Sequence record: ON286972.1
Strand: one strand, 5' to 3'
DNA: 64,000 nt
The translations under genes were made by a program, and so were the position numbers. Positions 51,695-61,547 of this stretch are shown one piece after another (position 1 is the stretch's first letter; the number at the start of each line of letters is the position of its first letter). Below the pieces are notes generated by a model, which had not been told where the DNA came from, did not search any database, and saw only the letters and a list, made by a program, of their open reading frames with translations.

Positions 51695-53179
51695 ATGAAT
51701 ACTTGTAAGCTAACCTTATTGGATGAGGTTAATTGTAAATTTGAAGGACTTTCTCCTTCAATTCGTCAAAAGATGATTAGGGCAACTGAATATGTGTTGC
51801 CTTATGCTAAATTCACCCCAGCAGGTAGAATCGGGCGTTGGGATGGAAAAGTTCAATTTATGAATTTAGGTGGAAGCACTTACTTTCATATGCTTGACAA
51901 ACTTTTACCTATTCTTGAAGAAGCTAACATTGACATTGAACTTGAAGACCATAGACCAAATTATGGATTCAATTTTGAACCTATTGATGAAAATATCTTT
52001 AGTGATGTGGTTTTTGGTGCTGGACACCACATGGAAGGTAAGTCAATCAAGCTCAGGGAGCACCAGGTTAATGCAGTTAATGCTTGCCTTGCTAACCCAC
52101 ATGGTTTATTATTAGCTGCTACTGGTGCGGGTAAGACGCTAATCACAGCAGCATTATCCAAGAAGGTCCAAGAGTATGGACGTTCTGTTATTATTGTACC
52201 TAGTACTGATCTAGTTCAACAGACATATGATGATTATGTCATGTGTGGACTAGACACTGGTGTTTTTTATGGTGCACAAAAGGATTTTGGTCACCAACAC
52301 ACAATCACAACATGGCAATCATTCAACTCTTTATGGAAAAAGACGAAGAAGGGTGAAATTGAACTAACTGAACAAGACGTTCATGATTTCATCGATGGTG
52401 TTGTGTGTGTTATCGTTGATGAATGTCAAGGTGCTGGTGGTGATGCATTAGTGCAGGTTCTATCAAAGGTAATGAACAATGTCCCGTTGCGTTGGGGACT
52501 AACTGGTACAATACCAAAAGATCCAGTAGTTGCAGCAAAGATAAAATGTAATGTTGGTGATGTGATTTTCAAAATCACTGCAAAAGAATTACAGGATAAA
52601 CAAATTCTAAGTACCTGTAACGTAAACTGTATAAAGTTAAAAAGTAATTTAAAATTTGCATCATATGCAGAAGAATTAAAATACTTAGTAACTGACCGTG
52701 ACCGAATGGCATATGTGGCATCTTTGATAAGTGCACTGTCTGAATCTGGTAACACGTTGGTTCTTGTTGACCGTTTGGAAGCTGGTGAATTGTTATGTGA
52801 ATTTTTGGGAATCCCCAAAACTGAATTTGTTCGTGGTGAAACGAAGAAGAAAGACCGTGAATCATCATATGGTGAAATTCGCTGGGCTGATAACAAAATA
52901 CTCATTGCAACATATGGTGTAGCTAGTACTGGTATTAGTATTTCACGTTTATATAATGTAGTACTGATAGAGCCAGGTAAAAGCTTTGTGCGAACTATAC
53001 AGTCCATTGGACGTGGGTTGCGTAGAGCAGAAGATAAAGACCACGTAGAAATTTATGATATAAGTGGATCTAATAAGTACAGTGCAAAACACTTACGTGA
53101 AAGAATTGCATATTATAAAGAAGCACAATATCCACATAGTGTAATCGACGTGAAAGATTGGGAAAATACAGCGGGATAA
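51695..53179 (+). CDS. uvsW: SF2 DNA helicase
   Basis: LREHQ; ATGAGKT; VDEC; GLTGT; STGISI; QSIGRGLR. Confidence 0.93.
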   Translation: MNTCKLTLLDEVNCKFEGLSPSIRQKMIRATEYVLPYAKFTPAGRIGRWDGKVQFMNLGGSTYFHMLDKLLPILEEANIDIELEDHRPNYGFNFEPIDENIFSDVVFGAGHHMEGKSIKLREHQVNAVNACLANPHGLLLAATGAGKTLITAALSKKVQEYGRSVIIVPSTDLVQQTYDDYVMCGLDTGVFYGAQKDFGHQHTITTWQSFNSLWKKTKKGEIELTEQDVHDFIDGVVCVIVDECQGAGGDALVQVLSKVMNNVPLRWGLTGTIPKDPVVAAKIKCNVGDVIFKITAKELQDKQILSTCNVNCIKLKSNLKFASYAEELKYLVTDRDRMAYVASLISALSESGNTLVLVDRLEAGELLCEFLGIPKTEFVRGETKKKDRESSYGEIRWADNKILIATYGVASTGISISRLYNVVLIEPGKSFVRTIQSIGRGLRRAEDKDHVEIYDISGSNKYSAKHLRERIAYYKEAQYPHSVIDVKDWENTAG

Positions 53180-53200
53180 TCCCGCTGTTAATGATATAAT
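53168..53200 (+). promoter_or_regulatory. Phage-class promoter variant CGGGATA-N16-TATAAT whose upstream box lies inside a perfect 9-bp inverted repeat
   Basis: ACAGCGGGA-TAA-TCCCGCTGT (53168-53188); TATAAT 53195-53200. Confidence 0.65.
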
Positions 53201-53221
53201 GGACTGTATAATAAATCAAGG

Positions 53222-53659
53222 ATGTTAACAAATATGGAACTTAAATCGAGTATCGCATTTATCTGCGACCAAGAAACTTTAGACATTATGGATGTGTTAT
53301 TGAATGATGATAATATCATGGATGACATGGTATCTTCATTGGATTATATTCCTGAATTAGAAACAGATGACACAAATGTATGGCGTTGTAACACAGATGG
53401 TGATTCATGGGTTAATATCTATGAATTACAGCAACGCATTGATTCTAAATTTGAATCACTAAAATATGATATCATTTATGCAAGTACTGATTCTAAAACA
53501 TTCGTTGATATTGTTAGTCTAAGTGGAAACTTTGATTCATATCTTGATACTGATAGTGATAAGATTCAAGAACTTTGTGATACCTATGGATTAGAATTTT
53601 ATGGGTGCGATGAAGAAGAAGATTATTATGATGAAGAAGACGAAGATTCATTATACTAA
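53222..53659 (+). CDS. Acidic hypothetical protein
   Basis: 145 aa, D/E-rich tail. Confidence 0.7.
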   Translation: MLTNMELKSSIAFICDQETLDIMDVLLNDDNIMDDMVSSLDYIPELETDDTNVWRCNTDGDSWVNIYELQQRIDSKFESLKYDIIYASTDSKTFVDIVSLSGNFDSYLDTDSDKIQELCDTYGLEFYGCDEEEDYYDEEDEDSLY

Positions 53660-53668
53660 GGAGACAAT

Positions 53669-54166
53669 ATGAACGTATTAACCCCAGAAAATAATTCATT
53701 TGATATGGATTTGGTTACTGAACACATTCCAGAAGAAATGTATTGTGTGTTGGATTTGAGTGCAAATGGTGATTCAGATTTTTATTTCCGACATATTCTA
53801 AACACTGTATCTTTTAATAGTATCAGTGCAGATCTTCAAATTGGTGATAAGGTTATTCAAGTACCATTGGGATGGCAAATTATGCTAGGTGATGAAGAAT
53901 CAGGTATGGTTGAGATGTGTACTATTGAAAACATCTTAAACATGAAAGAGCCTAAAGCATTTGTATACAACCCGATTCGTTCGATGTATCCAAAATTCGA
54001 GCCAGTAAAAGTACTAAGAGTATTTGCACTTACAACTAAGTGGCAGATTCCTATGTTACCTAAAAAGAATTTACTATGTGTTCCATTGAGTAGTGGTGAT
54101 AATCCACCATGTGTTTACTTCGCCGATGAGAACGAAAAGATTCAAGACTTATACTTAGGAGTATAA
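53669..54166 (+). CDS. Conserved hypothetical protein
   Basis: GGAG SD; beta-rich; KWQIP.L, PPCVYF. Confidence 0.75.
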   Translation: MNVLTPENNSFDMDLVTEHIPEEMYCVLDLSANGDSDFYFRHILNTVSFNSISADLQIGDKVIQVPLGWQIMLGDEESGMVEMCTIENILNMKEPKAFVYNPIRSMYPKFEPVKVLRVFALTTKWQIPMLPKKNLLCVPLSSGDNPPCVYFADENEKIQDLYLGV

Positions 54167-54170
54167 AATA

Positions 54171-55013
54171 GTGTTAGATTTCAGTAATGTTAAAAGTAAA
54201 TCGTCTGATGAAGTTATTAAACAAGAAAGTCATTCATTTTCTATTAATGATTTTCTTAAACATATTGACAGGGCTGATTACAAATATTACTCTGAAATGA
54301 CCGAAGAAGAACGTAAAGATTTCACACCTTATACTGTTCTTCGTTGGGTAAGTTCGTTAGATGATTCTTTGCAAGTAACTTACCCAAGTAGTAAAGTTGA
54401 AAGCGTTTTTGGTAAATGGAAAGCTGGTGGCAAAGATGCACTTACTGAATTAATCAATGAATTAAATTCAAGTGGTGTAAATGTGTCATCAGTGACAAAG
54501 TACTGTCATGCTGATTATGATTGGAGAATCAAGTTTGCAGTACAGGGTCAGTCCGATGCAAATAAATTGATTGCAGCCATGAATGATTTTAGCATTTCAG
54601 GGTCAGAAGTGATTTCTTTGGTTGATAGCACAACAGTAAAATACCAATTGATTATGTTAAATGATATGGTCAATGATGGTTTCTGGGATATGAAAGAACA
54701 CCCTGAACTAGTTTATCAATTGATGTGTGCTGTTCAGGATATGGTTGGTGGTAAAGAATTACCACGTAGTTGGCTTAACTTTTCAAAGAGTTTAAAACAT
54801 GCAAACAATGCATTATTTGACTTGATTAAAAGTACACAACCAAGTTCAGTTGCCAATCAAATGAACGAGGATGAGTATAAAATCATCTTATTACAATACA
54901 CTAAGAAATCATTCGAAACTTTACTTGACAACATGGGTTATCAAGATAAAGATTCAAAAGCAATGATGAAACTATTCAAAGAAGAATGTAAGAAATATGG
55001 CAAAGATATCTAA
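54171..55013 (+). CDS. Hypothetical protein, possibly clamp-loader small subunit (gp62-like) with an insertion
   Basis: IDRADYKYYSEMTEEERKDFTPYTVLRW; HPEL...L. Confidence 0.45.
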   Translation: MLDFSNVKSKSSDEVIKQESHSFSINDFLKHIDRADYKYYSEMTEEERKDFTPYTVLRWVSSLDDSLQVTYPSSKVESVFGKWKAGGKDALTELINELNSSGVNVSSVTKYCHADYDWRIKFAVQGQSDANKLIAAMNDFSISGSEVISLVDSTTVKYQLIMLNDMVNDGFWDMKEHPELVYQLMCAVQDMVGGKELPRSWLNFSKSLKHANNALFDLIKSTQPSSVANQMNEDEYKIILLQYTKKSFETLLDNMGYQDKDSKAMMKLFKEECKKYGKDI

Positions 55014-55704
55014 ACCTGTATATCAATGTAAATTTTGTGATCGTGAATTTAAACGTGAAGACACAGTACATTCTCACAAATGTGAAAAGCGTGATAGATA
55101 TGAAAATCGAGACAGCCGCACCATGCGTGAGGCTTTTCGTTTATATATGCAATTCATGGAAACTAACAATTTCAAAATTAAAAAAGATGTAGAACCATAT
55201 ATTAGTTTTATCAAGTCAAGATACTTTAAAGATTTCTATGATTTTGCAGAATACTATTTGAATAATAGGGATATATTACATATAGATGATTTCACTTTAC
55301 ATCTTATGAGAACCAATGTTCCCATTATGCAATGGAGTACATATAAAGCTAAGGATGAATGGATACTTTCATGTATACGTAATGAGCACCCCAACGATGC
55401 TGTTGCCAGAAGCGTAAATGCTTTAGTTGAATGGGAACAAATGACAAATAATCCGTGGAACACATTCTTTAAGAATGTTAGTTCTGCACGTTTGATTTCT
55501 TGGATTGAAAGTGGTAAAATATCACCTTGGTTGATATGGACTGCCCCTGTGAGTTCATCCAATGAATTGTTCTCACGACTATCAGATTCTGAATTTGAAT
55601 ATATACTTAAATACATCGATCCTAGCTTTTTTGAAATTAAAAAGTTGAAATATAAGAAAGAGTTTGAGGATATAAGAAGTATGTTAACTCAGGTGGGTTT
55701 ATGA
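54997..55704 (+). CDS. Zinc-finger-containing hypothetical protein
   Basis: N-terminal YQCKFCDREFKREDTVHSHKC; I.SGKISPW. Confidence 0.75.
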   Translation: MAKISKPVYQCKFCDREFKREDTVHSHKCEKRDRYENRDSRTMREAFRLYMQFMETNNFKIKKDVEPYISFIKSRYFKDFYDFAEYYLNNRDILHIDDFTLHLMRTNVPIMQWSTYKAKDEWILSCIRNEHPNDAVARSVNALVEWEQMTNNPWNTFFKNVSSARLISWIESGKISPWLIWTAPVSSSNELFSRLSDSEFEYILKYIDPSFFEIKKLKYKKEFEDIRSMLTQVGL

Positions 55705-56030
55705 ATAATAAAAGTATATACAATAAAATACCAGAAGGGTACGTTCCTGTACCTAAATCGGACAAAAGTAAAGAATTACAATTACTTCGTCAAGGAAGCA
55801 TAACTGAAATAACATTGGGTGACAAAACGTTCCAAGTTCATGATCCAGTAAAAATAGAACAATTGATTAAGCTAGTCGAGAGGCATGAAGAACGTTTACA
55901 TTCTGTGTCTAATGAGTCAGCACAGTTGAAAAGAAAGATTCAGTACATGGAAAACGAAATACGAACCTTAAGAAATTCTATTAATAAATTACAGGATCAA
56001 ATAAAGAATGCAGGATTCAACCAATTCTAA
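55701..56030 (+). CDS. Coiled-coil hypothetical protein
   Basis: 109 aa; heptad-rich C-terminus. Confidence 0.7.
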   Translation: MNNKSIYNKIPEGYVPVPKSDKSKELQLLRQGSITEITLGDKTFQVHDPVKIEQLIKLVERHEERLHSVSNESAQLKRKIQYMENEIRTLRNSINKLQDQIKNAGFNQF

Positions 56031-56646
56031 TCATTACAGAAAAGCTAGAACAGATATTGATATTGATTTTAAAGATAGTAAATCTGTCATAGCTCAATTG
56101 CCATGTGTAAGAAGTACTGAAAAGATTACAGAAGATGGATTGATTGCACATAATAGTGGTGTACACTTTGATAATATTCCAATCGACCCAATAACTGGTT
56201 TGGCGAGTATACAATATAAAGAAGCCGAAAGATTGGGGTATCAGAAGGTTGATATCCTTTCACAATCGGCTTACATGTATGTTCGTGACAGAGAACATCT
56301 AAAGGAACTTATGAACAGAGAGCCTAATTGGGATCTGTTGTTAGAACCAGAAATTGTTGATCATTTATCACAAATTAAAAAGCATATAACTTTACTTAAT
56401 GTTTGGAAACCCCGTTCTATAGACGAGTTGGCTATGTTTATTGCTATGATTCGCCCAGGGAAACGAAATTGTCAAAGTATGAACTCTTGGTCTGAAGTAG
56501 AATCGGTTATTTGGGATTATAGTAGTATTGGGCTAGATAGTGAGGGCAAAAAATTGCGTTATTTTAAAAAACCACATGCTTATGCTTATAGCTTAATGAT
56601 TGTGGTACAATTAAACGCATTGGTTGAACATCTTACTTCTTCTTAA
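56008..56646 (+). CDS. Miniature DNA polymerase III alpha (DnaE)-like protein
   Basis: TDIDIDF, HNSGV, KVDIL, A.IRPG, FKKPHAYAY match DnaE PDIDIDF, HAGGV, KFDFL, ALYRPG, FNKSHAAAY. Confidence 0.75.
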   Translation: MQDSTNSNHYRKARTDIDIDFKDSKSVIAQLPCVRSTEKITEDGLIAHNSGVHFDNIPIDPITGLASIQYKEAERLGYQKVDILSQSAYMYVRDREHLKELMNREPNWDLLLEPEIVDHLSQIKKHITLLNVWKPRSIDELAMFIAMIRPGKRNCQSMNSWSEVESVIWDYSSIGLDSEGKKLRYFKKPHAYAYSLMIVVQLNALVEHLTSS

Positions 56647-56986
56647 GTGCCACATTACGTCTTTTAATACGTTTTTGTGGCAAATCACTTAACGAAATTA
56701 CCGGACCACAAACGAAATTCACCATAGGCGTATCGAAGCGTTGTGTGAAAGGTTCAAATTTCTCCATTTCTTCTTGAAAGAAAAGACACACTGGGATTGA
56801 CCTGTTACTTTGCCACCACCAATCGTGTGCTATTCCTAACAATTCATCTTGCATAGATTCATCCATAAGATCAAAACAATACAAAGTAGTATATTGCTTA
56901 CTTTTAATCTTGATGATACCAATGTAAGTTTTACCATTATATTGCAGTACTGTAATAAATGGTGGAATAGTATTATATTGATTCAT
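56633..56986 (-). CDS. Conserved hypothetical protein
   Basis: WWWQSNRSIP; GP..SL..L..KRIKRR; CATAAATA at 57024-57031. Confidence 0.75.
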   Translation of the reverse strand: MNQYNTIPPFITVLQYNGKTYIGIIKIKSKQYTTLYCFDLMDESMQDELLGIAHDWWWQSNRSIPVCLFFQEEMEKFEPFTQRFDTPMVNFVCGPVISLSDLPQKRIKRRNVALKKK

Positions 56987-57043
56987 ATGAGTTCCATAAA
57001 TATTAGTATAAATTTATACCTATTATTTATGGAAGGAATAATC

Positions 57044-58021
57044 ATGTCCCATCACGGTGTGTATATGTACCCTTATAATCAGGAAGTATCATTGGGCAAT
57101 TTTAATATGCCATTTAACAATGATAAGTTAACGATTTATCGTGGTGCTAACAATAACGTAACTTTCACAGTACACAATGCTGATGGAAAGTACACTCAAT
57201 TAAAAACTAATGAATATTTAACATTTATGATTTTCGATGCACGTAACAATACGATTTTGTTTGATACTGTATTGGAAAAGATTTTACCAAGTTGGTTAAA
57301 CGATAGTGGTCAGGCTAAACCTACTTTGGGTAATAGTAAAAAAGTATATTATGGTTGTATAATTCCTGCTGGTATTATACAAGATACTAGTCCTGGTTCC
57401 AAATACAGATGGAGTATTACTAAAGTAACTATGGACGGTTCGTTGATTGAACCAACACAGTACTTATATACTGGTTTAAATTATGAAGCATCATCTGAAC
57501 TAATTATCTCCGACAAAGCAGCACCTGTTTTCGTACCAAGCATTGAAGTTTCTGCTGATCAGAATCCATCTTGGAAATCTATCAAGTCTGCGTTCAGAGA
57601 ACCTATTAGTGATGGTTTTAAAGGTGAATTTGATGTTATGTGTACATCGCCTTTGAGAGCACAAATGCAATATGGTTTAGTTGATGGTTTAAGTACTATT
57701 GCAATTTACTGTAATGGTTTTATTGGTAGGATACAGTTACAAGGATGCTTGAGTAATGATGTACCAAGTGATAGTGATAACTATAAGTGGTTTATTATCA
57801 AGTTGGATGGAAAAGAGTACATCGAGAATGGCATAGATGAAAATGGCGTACCCGTTCCGTTGGAAGGTATACAGGCATTTAATTTTAAAGGTAATTACAT
57901 GTGGCTTCGTGTGGTTGTTAGTATTCGTCCAATCTCCAAACCAATCCCATATGATTATGCTGCAATCCGTAAAATCTATAACCCACTCTTAACTGTTCCT
58001 AAAATTTTGATTCGTCGATGA
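57044..58021 (+). CDS. Hypothetical late (virion?) protein
   Basis: Start reassigned to ATG 57044 (AAGGA SD); IYRGANNNVTF; F.GRIQLQGCL; GNYMWLRV. Confidence 0.7.
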   Translation: MSHHGVYMYPYNQEVSLGNFNMPFNNDKLTIYRGANNNVTFTVHNADGKYTQLKTNEYLTFMIFDARNNTILFDTVLEKILPSWLNDSGQAKPTLGNSKKVYYGCIIPAGIIQDTSPGSKYRWSITKVTMDGSLIEPTQYLYTGLNYEASSELIISDKAAPVFVPSIEVSADQNPSWKSIKSAFREPISDGFKGEFDVMCTSPLRAQMQYGLVDGLSTIAIYCNGFIGRIQLQGCLSNDVPSDSDNYKWFIIKLDGKEYIENGIDENGVPVPLEGIQAFNFKGNYMWLRVVVSIRPISKPIPYDYAAIRKIYNPLLTVPKILIRR

Positions 58022-58047
58022 GACATACTCACAAGCTGTGATATAAT
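58019..58047 (+). promoter_or_regulatory. Phage-class promoter TGAGACA-N16-TATAAT
   Basis: Upstream of primase and helicase. Confidence 0.75.
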
Positions 58048-58074
58048 CATCGAAGACAAGAAAAGGAATTACAT

Positions 58075-59124
58075 ATGAACTCAGTACAAGACATTATGGC
58101 ACAAATCATGAATGACCCTGTACCTGGTATTGGTATATGGGCACACCACAACTGTCCTATGTGTGTGTTTCGTGGACATTCAAGACCTGATGTAAAGGGT
58201 CGTGGTAATCATATGTTTAATTCTGATGGTTCAGTATCTTATAACTGTTTTAACTGTAGTTTAAAGACAGGTTGGCAACCTGGAAAATATATGAGCAAAG
58301 ATATGGAGTCTTTGCTCATTTCTTTTGGTGCACAACAAAAAGATATAGAATTATTAAAATTTTACATAAAAGAAATGGTAGAGAGTGGTGATTACGCTGA
58401 ACAAGAGTCTACCACATCGAAGTTATATCAAAGGGTAACAGCACGCGATTTACCACCTAATTCAAAGACATTTTTTGAATGGGCTTCAGATGATAATGCA
58501 CCCAATGAATTTTTTAGTGTACTGAATGCAGTAAATGACCGAAATCCATATCTATTGGATTTGGAATTATATTGGAGTCCATCTAAAGAACATAAAATGT
58601 ATGATAGATTTATTATACCTTACTATATGAATGGTAAAATAATTGGGTATACTGCAAGACATAAATTAAAAGACCCAGGAAGTACGTATCGTTTTATTAA
58701 TCAGGTAAGTACTAATATTTTGTACAATTATGATTTGTTGAATGATGAACGTATAAAAACTTTATTGGTATGTGAAGGACCAATGGATGCCGCATTGATG
58801 GGTGGTGTATCAGCAAATAACTTTAAGTTATCTACACCACAGATTGAAATACTTAAACAGGCACAGAGTAAAGGTAAAAAAGTAGTAATTGTACCAGACA
58901 GGGATAAAGATGGATTAGTGACAATTGACCAAGCATTAGAGCATGGTTTTAGTGTTGCCTTTCCAAACTTTGGAGCCGTAAAAGAAGGTAGTGGTATTCG
59001 TCACATAAAAGATTTTGACGAAGCCTGTGCCAAATATGGTCGTTTATTTTGTCTACAACTAATACATGAAAGTATAGTTGACGAACCTTTCTATATCAAA
59101 GCACAAACCGATAAATGGATGTAA
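58075..59124 (+). CDS. gp61: DNA primase
   Basis: Zn-binding CPMC...CFNC; TOPRIM VCEGPMDA and PDRDKDG; KDFDEA. Confidence 0.9.
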   Translation: MNSVQDIMAQIMNDPVPGIGIWAHHNCPMCVFRGHSRPDVKGRGNHMFNSDGSVSYNCFNCSLKTGWQPGKYMSKDMESLLISFGAQQKDIELLKFYIKEMVESGDYAEQESTTSKLYQRVTARDLPPNSKTFFEWASDDNAPNEFFSVLNAVNDRNPYLLDLELYWSPSKEHKMYDRFIIPYYMNGKIIGYTARHKLKDPGSTYRFINQVSTNILYNYDLLNDERIKTLLVCEGPMDAALMGGVSANNFKLSTPQIEILKQAQSKGKKVVIVPDRDKDGLVTIDQALEHGFSVAFPNFGAVKEGSGIRHIKDFDEACAKYGRLFCLQLIHESIVDEPFYIKAQTDKWM

Positions 59125-59142
59125 AAGAAATAAGGGAATATA

Positions 59143-60669
59143 ATGATTCAAAGCACAGTGGACGTCAAACAATATGGGATTAATGCCCAACAATATCTAT
59201 TATCACAAATTTTCAGTAACCCAGATTTATATGTACGCTGTAAAAATATTCTTAAACCTGAATATTTCGATAGCACTTTTCATGAAAGTATTAAATTCGT
59301 TCATGATTACAGTGCAAAATATAGTGCATCACCAACTTTAAAAGATATTGAAGTTAAGGGTGGTTTTGCATACGATAGTACTGAAGTAAGTGAGCTACAC
59401 AAGCAATCAGTACTTGATACATGCAGTGAGTTCTGTCGACACAAAGCACTAGCTTTGGCTGTTGAGAAAGGTATGGAGTTAGTACATCAGAAAAAATATG
59501 GTGGAATCGAAGAACTAATTCGTGAAGCTATGCTTGTTTCTGTACAAAACGAACTAGGTCTGGATATCTTTGAAAATCCAGAAGATACAATTCGCTCACT
59601 AAGTACGATGCAAGGTTCATTCAAGAGTGGTTGGGAAACACTGGACTTTAAACTGTTTGGTGGTTTCGGTCGCCGTGAACTTGAAATCTTCGCCGCAGCA
59701 TCAGGTGGTGGTAAATCAGTTGTTCTACAAAACTTAGCTGTAAACTTTGCTAAAGCTGGACTGAACGGTGCTTACATTTCACTAGAACTTGCTGAAGAGT
59801 TGGTTGCAGTCCGTATCTATGGTATGATGACTGAATCCAAATTGAGTAATGTTAAACATGAAGCTGACCGAATCGGTTTACGAGTACAAATGGAAGGTAA
59901 AAATAGTGGTGTTATGCGTATCAAGCGTCTACCTGAATCTGTGACAACAACAGATGATATTGAAAGTTACCTTCGTGAATTACAAATCAAATTGGAAATT
60001 AAACTTGACTATGTTTGTGTGGACTACTTAGATCTATTAACATCTAATCGCCTAGGCCCAAATGATAAATCTAATACATTTACCAAAGATAAGTTTGTTT
60101 CTGAAGAATTGCGTGCTCTAGCAACTAAAATGGATTTAACTGTATTCACTGCATCCCAGTTTAACCGTAGTGGTATGGGTGAAGATAAGAAAAGTCAAAG
60201 TCAGATTGCTGGTGGTATTTCAAAGATCTATACCGCAGATAACGTAATTTACATTGAAGCACGTAAAGAAACTGGTGAGATGTGGTTTGACTTCCAGAAA
60301 ACACGTAACAGTAGTGCAGTAGGTTCTCGTTTGCGTATGTCTTATGACATTGATTCATTACGTGTGTTGGACCATGCAACAACCATTCAGCAATTCGAAA
60401 CCGATGGTTCTGGGTTCAAGCATAGCGGTCTAACAAAGGTCGGTGGTGGTAACATGGCACTCCCCCCAACCACTATGCAAACATTGCGTCATACGCTTTC
60501 TGGTGCACAAAAACCAGTACAAACACAAAGTACTGTTGAAGCTGATGACGTAACACTAAATACAGAAAATGCTACACTTTCTAGCACTACAGAGGAAACC
60601 CAACAACCTGTTAATATTGGCACTAATCGTGCGAATATGATGAAACAATGGTTGAATCAAAGGAAATAA
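59143..60669 (+). CDS. gp41: Replicative DnaB-like helicase
   Basis: AAASGGGKS; YISLEL; VDYLDL; TASQFNR; K.RN. Confidence 0.93.
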   Translation: MIQSTVDVKQYGINAQQYLLSQIFSNPDLYVRCKNILKPEYFDSTFHESIKFVHDYSAKYSASPTLKDIEVKGGFAYDSTEVSELHKQSVLDTCSEFCRHKALALAVEKGMELVHQKKYGGIEELIREAMLVSVQNELGLDIFENPEDTIRSLSTMQGSFKSGWETLDFKLFGGFGRRELEIFAAASGGGKSVVLQNLAVNFAKAGLNGAYISLELAEELVAVRIYGMMTESKLSNVKHEADRIGLRVQMEGKNSGVMRIKRLPESVTTTDDIESYLRELQIKLEIKLDYVCVDYLDLLTSNRLGPNDKSNTFTKDKFVSEELRALATKMDLTVFTASQFNRSGMGEDKKSQSQIAGGISKIYTADNVIYIEARKETGEMWFDFQKTRNSSAVGSRLRMSYDIDSLRVLDHATTIQQFETDGSGFKHSGLTKVGGGNMALPPTTMQTLRHTLSGAQKPVQTQSTVEADDVTLNTENATLSSTTEETQQPVNIGTNRANMMKQWLNQRK

Positions 60670-60672
60670 CGA

Positions 60673-60945
60673 ATGGCTAATGAATCCAGTAAAAAGAATC
60701 TACTTGATAGTATAGTAAATTATACTCCAGAGAAGGATACATTGCAGAGTTTTGGTAATAGGGCCGACCATGCCATAAATTCTGTAATTCATTTATTGGA
60801 GAGTATAGATAATGAGTTTAATAGTATTGATGCTGAAGATTTAAAGAAACGATTATTTTTGAGTATCAAGAACCGAGATTACAAAAAGTTTCAGAAGGGG
60901 TTGGAAAATATAGCACTGGATGAAAAACGTAATAAAGGTAATTGA
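60673..60945 (+). CDS. Hypothetical protein
   Basis: 90 aa; AIN...LLE..D.....DAEDLKKRL..SIKNRD..KF. Confidence 0.75.
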   Translation: MANESSKKNLLDSIVNYTPEKDTLQSFGNRADHAINSVIHLLESIDNEFNSIDAEDLKKRLFLSIKNRDYKKFQKGLENIALDEKRNKGN

Positions 60946-60946
60946 T

Positions 60947-61105
60947 ATGAAAAAGAAATTAAAAGAAAATGCTTCAGCAGGTGCTACCTCGGCAGGGGCA
61001 GTTGCATCAATCAGTACTGGATTAAATTATCCATTACTCAAACGTATTCCTCCAACCAATTTCTTTGGGTATAAAGAATATAAAATTAAAAAGGATAAGG
61101 AATGA
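60947..61105 (+). CDS. 52-aa peptide resembling the major capsid maturation junction
   Basis: LKENASAGATSAGAVA vs gp23 LQESATAGATSAGNIA. Confidence 0.65.
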   Translation: MKKKLKENASAGATSAGAVASISTGLNYPLLKRIPPTNFFGYKEYKIKKDKE

Positions 61106-61494
61106 AACCATATACGTTCTACACTATTAATACCGTTGTAGATATAGGTGATGGTAGTACTCCAACTATAATCGATTCAAAATTCACAGGTGCTATGAAT
61201 TTGTCCCGATTACTTGAAGCAATCATGGTGCATGATTATCCAATGATGGTAAGTGTTGTTAGAGATGAAGTTGATTTGACTAAAGGAAACAATTCTGAAT
61301 TTTACAGCTTACCATCGTTATGGGGAAAATGTATTGTTAGTACTTTCAAATTTGCATTACCAGTTGATGTTAATTTGAGATTAAATGGAATACCATTAGT
61401 ACTACCTACAGTGGTTAATAATAACCGCATTACAAAATTTATCACAACGAATTGTACTCGTAATATTAGCATCAGTAAACAGACCTTTTCTTAA
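61102..61494 (+). CDS. Hypothetical protein
   Basis: 130-aa ORF coupled to the previous one. Confidence 0.7.
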   Translation: MKPYTFYTINTVVDIGDGSTPTIIDSKFTGAMNLSRLLEAIMVHDYPMMVSVVRDEVDLTKGNNSEFYSLPSLWGKCIVSTFKFALPVDVNLRLNGIPLVLPTVVNNNRITKFITTNCTRNISISKQTFS

Positions 61495-61498
61495 TTGT

Positions 61499-61506
61499 GA
61501 TAAATA
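61499..61506 (+). promoter_or_regulatory. Late promoter (GATAAATA)
   Basis: Upstream of the late cluster 61548-64000. Confidence 0.55.
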
Positions 61507-61547
61507 TCATAAAGCAAGACTAAGGTCTTTTTTATTTTGGAGAATAT

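Noticed and set aside
52426-53007. 193-aa antisense ORF
   Set aside because: Shadow of uvsW.
56849-57043. 65-codon N-terminal extension of ORF 56849..58021
   Set aside because: It overlaps the divergent gene and its promoter. The SD supports ATG 57044.
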